21,688 nucleotides of DNA from Pseudobdellovibrionaceae bacterium (lineage in GTDB: Bacteria > Bdellovibrionota > Bdellovibrionia > Bdellovibrionales > Bdellovibrionaceae), in assembly GCA_044359815.1 (NCBI GenBank), contig JBIKLL010000044.1, forward strand, positions 1-21,688, read 5' to 3'. Both the position numbers and the translations under genes were made by a program. Positions 18,904 through 21,688 of the stretch are shown here, piece after piece. Position 1 is the first letter of the stretch. The number at the start of each line of letters is the position of its first letter. The notes under the pieces are model-generated. The model saw nothing but the letters and a program-made list of their open reading frames with translations. It searched no databases and was not told the DNA's origin.

Positions 18904-18911
18904 CGTACTAA
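18853..18911 (+). pseudogene. Internally deleted copy of the hydrolase gene B
   Basis: GTG-IKWFLIVILFSNICFG (matching 20160-20210) is joined directly to GCCGTACTAA (matching 21356-21365). Confidence 0.88.
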
Positions 18912-19162
18912 CCTGATTTTTTCATATTTAATTTAGCTTCGATTTTTTCAATGCGCTCAAGCAATGTAGCATCCTGATTCATAAGCTGCTTGAGCAGCGA
19001 GTTCATCAAAGTTTGGTAGGGAATGCCTAATTGTTTACCCTCTTTTACAAGCCATTCAAAAACATCTTCGTCTAGTCGAAATGTTTTTTGAACTTTACTG
19101 CCCTTTGGTAAAATGGGACCTTTGTGAGTTTTTGCTTTTGAAAAATCATATTCTTTCTTCAT
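18908..19162 (-). CDS. brnA: BrnA-family antitoxin
   Basis: MKKEYDFSKAK...TFRLDEDVFEWL...GIPYQTLMNSLL. Overlaps the brnT stop. Confidence 0.88.
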   Translation of the reverse strand: MKKEYDFSKAKTHKGPILPKGSKVQKTFRLDEDVFEWLVKEGKQLGIPYQTLMNSLLKQLMNQDATLLERIEKIEAKLNMKKSG

Positions 19163-19418
19163 ACATCAACCTTTCTTTTTTTGTAGCTTTGCGAGCAGAA
19201 ATGATTCGAATCACATCGCTGAATCTGTAACAGTAAACCACAACCAATAGATTTAAATGTTTTGAAAATCCTAATGCGATAAACCTGACTTCATCGTGAT
19301 CTTTGTCTTCAAGTATTAACTGCACTTCTGATTCAAGGACAGTTTGGGCTTCTTCAAACGAAATCTTGTGTTTTTTAAAATTAGCTTTGGCCTTATTTTG
19401 ATCCCAAATAACAATCAT
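19146..19418 (-). CDS. brnT: BrnT-family (DUF497) ribonuclease toxin
   Basis: WDQNKAKANFKKHKISFEEA...RFIALG...IRIISARKATKKER. ATG 19418 is preferred because ATG 19430 overlaps the -10 box. Confidence 0.9.
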   Translation of the reverse strand: MIVIWDQNKAKANFKKHKISFEEAQTVLESEVQLILEDKDHDEVRFIALGFSKHLNLLVVVYCYRFSDVIRIISARKATKKERLMYEERI

Positions 19419-19428
19419 ACTGGCTGAC

Positions 19429-19458
19429 ATAATACACTACAATGTAGTTACATTGCAA
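19429..19458 (-). promoter_or_regulatory. Putative brnTA sigma70 promoter with palindromic operator
   Basis: Minus strand TTGCAA-N18-TATTAT. The region carries ACTACA-A-TGTAGT (19436-19448) and AATGTA-GT-TACATT (19441-19454). Confidence 0.65.
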
Positions 19459-19532
19459 TAGAAAAGTGTGTGGACTTAAGGGGCAGTCATGAAACCGGCA
19501 AGTCGCTGATTAGTGGGGTAACTGCCGAGCCG

Positions 19533-20210
19533 CTTTCCCCGGGGTAGAGACAGTGCGTTGGAAGCGGTTGATGGATCTGATTTTCTGTTTATTTGTATAC
19601 CTAATAGTGGGATTTAAAAACAAATCGGACTCCGGACGGATAACCAGTAAATTTTAAATAAATATTTGCTTAATCAAATGAGGAATTTTAAAACAAGAAT
19701 CGATGCAAAAGAAAAATATTTATATTTTAATAATAGTGATGTTGATTGGTGTTTTTTCGTGGTTTCAGATATCAGAAAATTCCGATGTTATTGGGATTGA
19801 TAAAAACCGAAATGAAGTTTGGGATGATGTTGAAGCAAAAATTATGGAATTAAATATTTCGGAGGATATGAAGAAAGCTCTTTTTCAGTTAGCAGTTTCA
19901 TTTCAGAAGGCTGTTAGTGATATGAATATGAATAAAGAAAGTGCTTTGGTCATTAGTAAGGAGCAAGATCTTGCAATGGGATGTATGTATGCCATCGATA
20001 AATACGAAGCTTGGGAATTAGGTTTACTTAAAAAAGTAGAGGGGTGGGTGGCGAATACGGACGCGAAAATTAGAAACTATGTCCGGTTTAATTCTCTGTT
20101 AAGCGGAGGAGTATATGGTCGTCCACCAAGTGAAATCCAAAGTTGCAATTTTAAAGTAAATGATTAGATGGTTTTTAATAGTTATTTTGTTCTCAAATAT
20201 TTGTTTTGGC
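19533..20210 (+). repeat. Tandem unit copy 2
   Basis: Homologous to 18226-18903. Confidence 0.95.
19703..20167 (+). CDS. Membrane-anchored hypothetical protein A2
   Basis: Paralog of A1. Its stop overlaps the start of gene B. Confidence 0.87.
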   Translation: MQKKNIYILIIVMLIGVFSWFQISENSDVIGIDKNRNEVWDDVEAKIMELNISEDMKKALFQLAVSFQKAVSDMNMNKESALVISKEQDLAMGCMYAIDKYEAWELGLLKKVEGWVANTDAKIRNYVRFNSLLSGGVYGRPPSEIQSCNFKVND

Positions 20211-21365
20211 TACTGTCGGCCAACAAATGTTGCGATTTATTTTGCCAATGGAATGTTTAATTCAAGGTCAGACGCTTTAGAGTCGTATGAAAAATTGATT
20301 GATAATTTGCCAGGACCGAATTCAAAAGATTACCGAGAAGTGACACTTATTTTTCCCGGTTTAGCTTACAATACTGATGAGGCTTTGCTTTTACAGCTTT
20401 ATGAGGTTTTGGGTCAGAAACAAGGCGACCTAAAATTAAATTTTTGGATGTACCTTTCGGATTTAGTTTCTGCTCCTAAAGAGTTTATAGATTTATTTAG
20501 GTCGATTCAGGTAAATTTAGACTCTTTTGGCAATGTAGATTTAGGTATACAGATTGAAAACTATAAAAAAACATTAAATGAGCCCAATCATCACATTGTT
20601 ACGATTGCTCATTCTCAGGGAAACTTTTTTACCAACCTAGCATTTTCGAAATTGGGTATATCAGATGAAATAAAGCAGCGTTTGGATATGGTCTCAGTAG
20701 CAAATCCTGCAGGATATGTTTTTGATTGGGGGTCCTATACAACTTTGGACAGTGATTGTGTTATTAGCGCTATCCCAGGGGCTTTAAAAGCAAATGTTAC
20801 TAATGCAGGAAATGGTTATTGTGATCATTCATTAGAAGTTTATTTGAAGGGCACAGAGAGTCGACAAAAAATCATGGATGATATTGATTTCGCAATCCAT
20901 GGGCCATCAATCCAGGATAGTGTGCCCCAGCCTGTCGAGTTAAAACGGATTGCCAGATGGTATAATCATTATAAGAAAACTGAAAAACAAGATGCTTTAA
21001 AAACTCATCAATGTTTTGGCGCAAGAGTTTATCGGAGCATGTTTAATCTATACTGGAAAAATAAATCTTGTGATGAGCTAGGCTACAATGGGGTAAAGCA
21101 AGTTTTTGAAGACTGTCTTGATATTAAAAATAATACGGTCAATATGAAGGCCCCTAATCACTGCCCAGTTTCGTTCGGAAGTGAAAATGTAGCTTTAAAT
21201 TCTATGATCGCACAAGCTTTCACGGAAAATTATTTGTTTGGTGGAAAGCATCCAGAATGCGATTGGGATCGAAGAGAATTTATTAATTCTGTCTTGACCG
21301 AAGCTTTAAGCGAAGAAGCATTTAAATTTATTAAAAGCCCTTGGGATGAAATTAAGCCGTACTAA
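20160..21365 (+). CDS. Secreted alpha/beta-hydrolase (lipase-like) with Cys-rich C-terminal domain
   Basis: Signal peptide, IYFANGMFN, nucleophile elbow IAHSQG, SVANP, and candidate Asp (DSDCVI) and His (CDHSL) residues. Confidence 0.8.
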   Translation: MIRWFLIVILFSNICFGYCRPTNVAIYFANGMFNSRSDALESYEKLIDNLPGPNSKDYREVTLIFPGLAYNTDEALLLQLYEVLGQKQGDLKLNFWMYLSDLVSAPKEFIDLFRSIQVNLDSFGNVDLGIQIENYKKTLNEPNHHIVTIAHSQGNFFTNLAFSKLGISDEIKQRLDMVSVANPAGYVFDWGSYTTLDSDCVISAIPGALKANVTNAGNGYCDHSLEVYLKGTESRQKIMDDIDFAIHGPSIQDSVPQPVELKRIARWYNHYKKTEKQDALKTHQCFGARVYRSMFNLYWKNKSCDELGYNGVKQVFEDCLDIKNNTVNMKAPNHCPVSFGSENVALNSMIAQAFTENYLFGGKHPECDWDRREFINSVLTEALSEEAFKFIKSPWDEIKPY

Positions 21366-21428
21366 CCTGATTTTTCCTATTTAGTTTGGCTTCGATTCAC
21401 TTTCCCCGGGGTAGAGACAGTGCGTTGG
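21359..21428 (+). repeat. Third copy of the array junction (brnA 3' remnant + CACTTTCCCCGGGGTAGAGACAGTGCGTTGG)
   Basis: Matches 18905-18944, then 18224-18254 and 19531-19561. Confidence 0.9.
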
Positions 21429-21607
21429 GAACAATTGAAAAATCAGCCTATTTTGTTTTTTGCCAGCTGAACCAATCAAGGTTTAGACAATAAGCTTCGG
21501 TGGGGGATTCGGATGAAACTCGGTCGCCTAGCTTGTCAATAAGCTGTAAGCCAACTTTGTCAAAGTGAAAAAAAGATTTGCATTGAAATGGATTTCATAA
21601 TGATTGT

Positions 21608-21672
21608 CTTAGCTTAGCTTAGCTTAGCTTAGCTAAGCTAAGCTTAGCTTAGCTTAGCTTAGCTTAGCTTAG
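21608..21672. repeat. Pentanucleotide microsatellite (CTTAG)5(CTAAG)2(CTTAG)6
   Basis: Read directly from the sequence. Confidence 0.95.
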
Positions 21673-21688
21673 CTTTAAGCAGAGTCAT

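Noticed and set aside
18396..20167. A1/A2 as a diversity-generating retroelement TR/VR pair
   Set aside because: The differences are not adenine-specific, both copies are full genes, and there is no reverse transcriptase in the window.
18202..21428. Junctions as canonical integron attC sites
   Set aside because: TACTAAC and GTTGGAA/GTTGGGA do not fit complementary RYYYAAC/GTTRRRY boxes, there are no clear L boxes, and no intI is in the window.
18224..21428. The 30-bp palindromic repeat as a CRISPR repeat
   Set aside because: Copies are 1.3-1.9 kb apart with genes between them, and there are no cas genes.

Overview
Bacterial chromosomal window, tentatively Bdellovibrionota/Oligoflexia-like (inferred from gene content and protein style). 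It has three parts. (1) 1-5.3 kb is a decayed accessory region downstream of an initiator tRNA-Met. It holds an ISCR/IS91-type HUH transposase remnant and a frameshifted minimal nucleotidyltransferase (neither appears as such in the ORF track), a FIST (NosP-like) gene coupled to a PAS histidine kinase, a 120-bp direct repeat, a tRNA 3' fragment split by a three-hairpin insert, and a MITE-like palindrome overlapping the tRNA CCA end. (2) 5.4-15.9 kb is core-like: secreted protein, histidine phosphatase, HD-GYP protein, membrane pyrophosphatase hppA, a 201-bp palindromic element, MFS transporter, secreted hypothetical protein, trmO, TrmH-family methylase and msrA. (3) 16-21.7 kb is AT-rich: a CPA2/Kef-type antiporter, then a modular tandem array. 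Each unit consists of a conserved CCCCGGGG junction and leader, a 154-aa membrane-anchored protein, a secreted AHSQG alpha/beta-hydrolase and an antisense BrnT/BrnA pair, with modules cleanly present or absent between units. This array, a possible effector/immunity cassette system, is the most interesting candidate.
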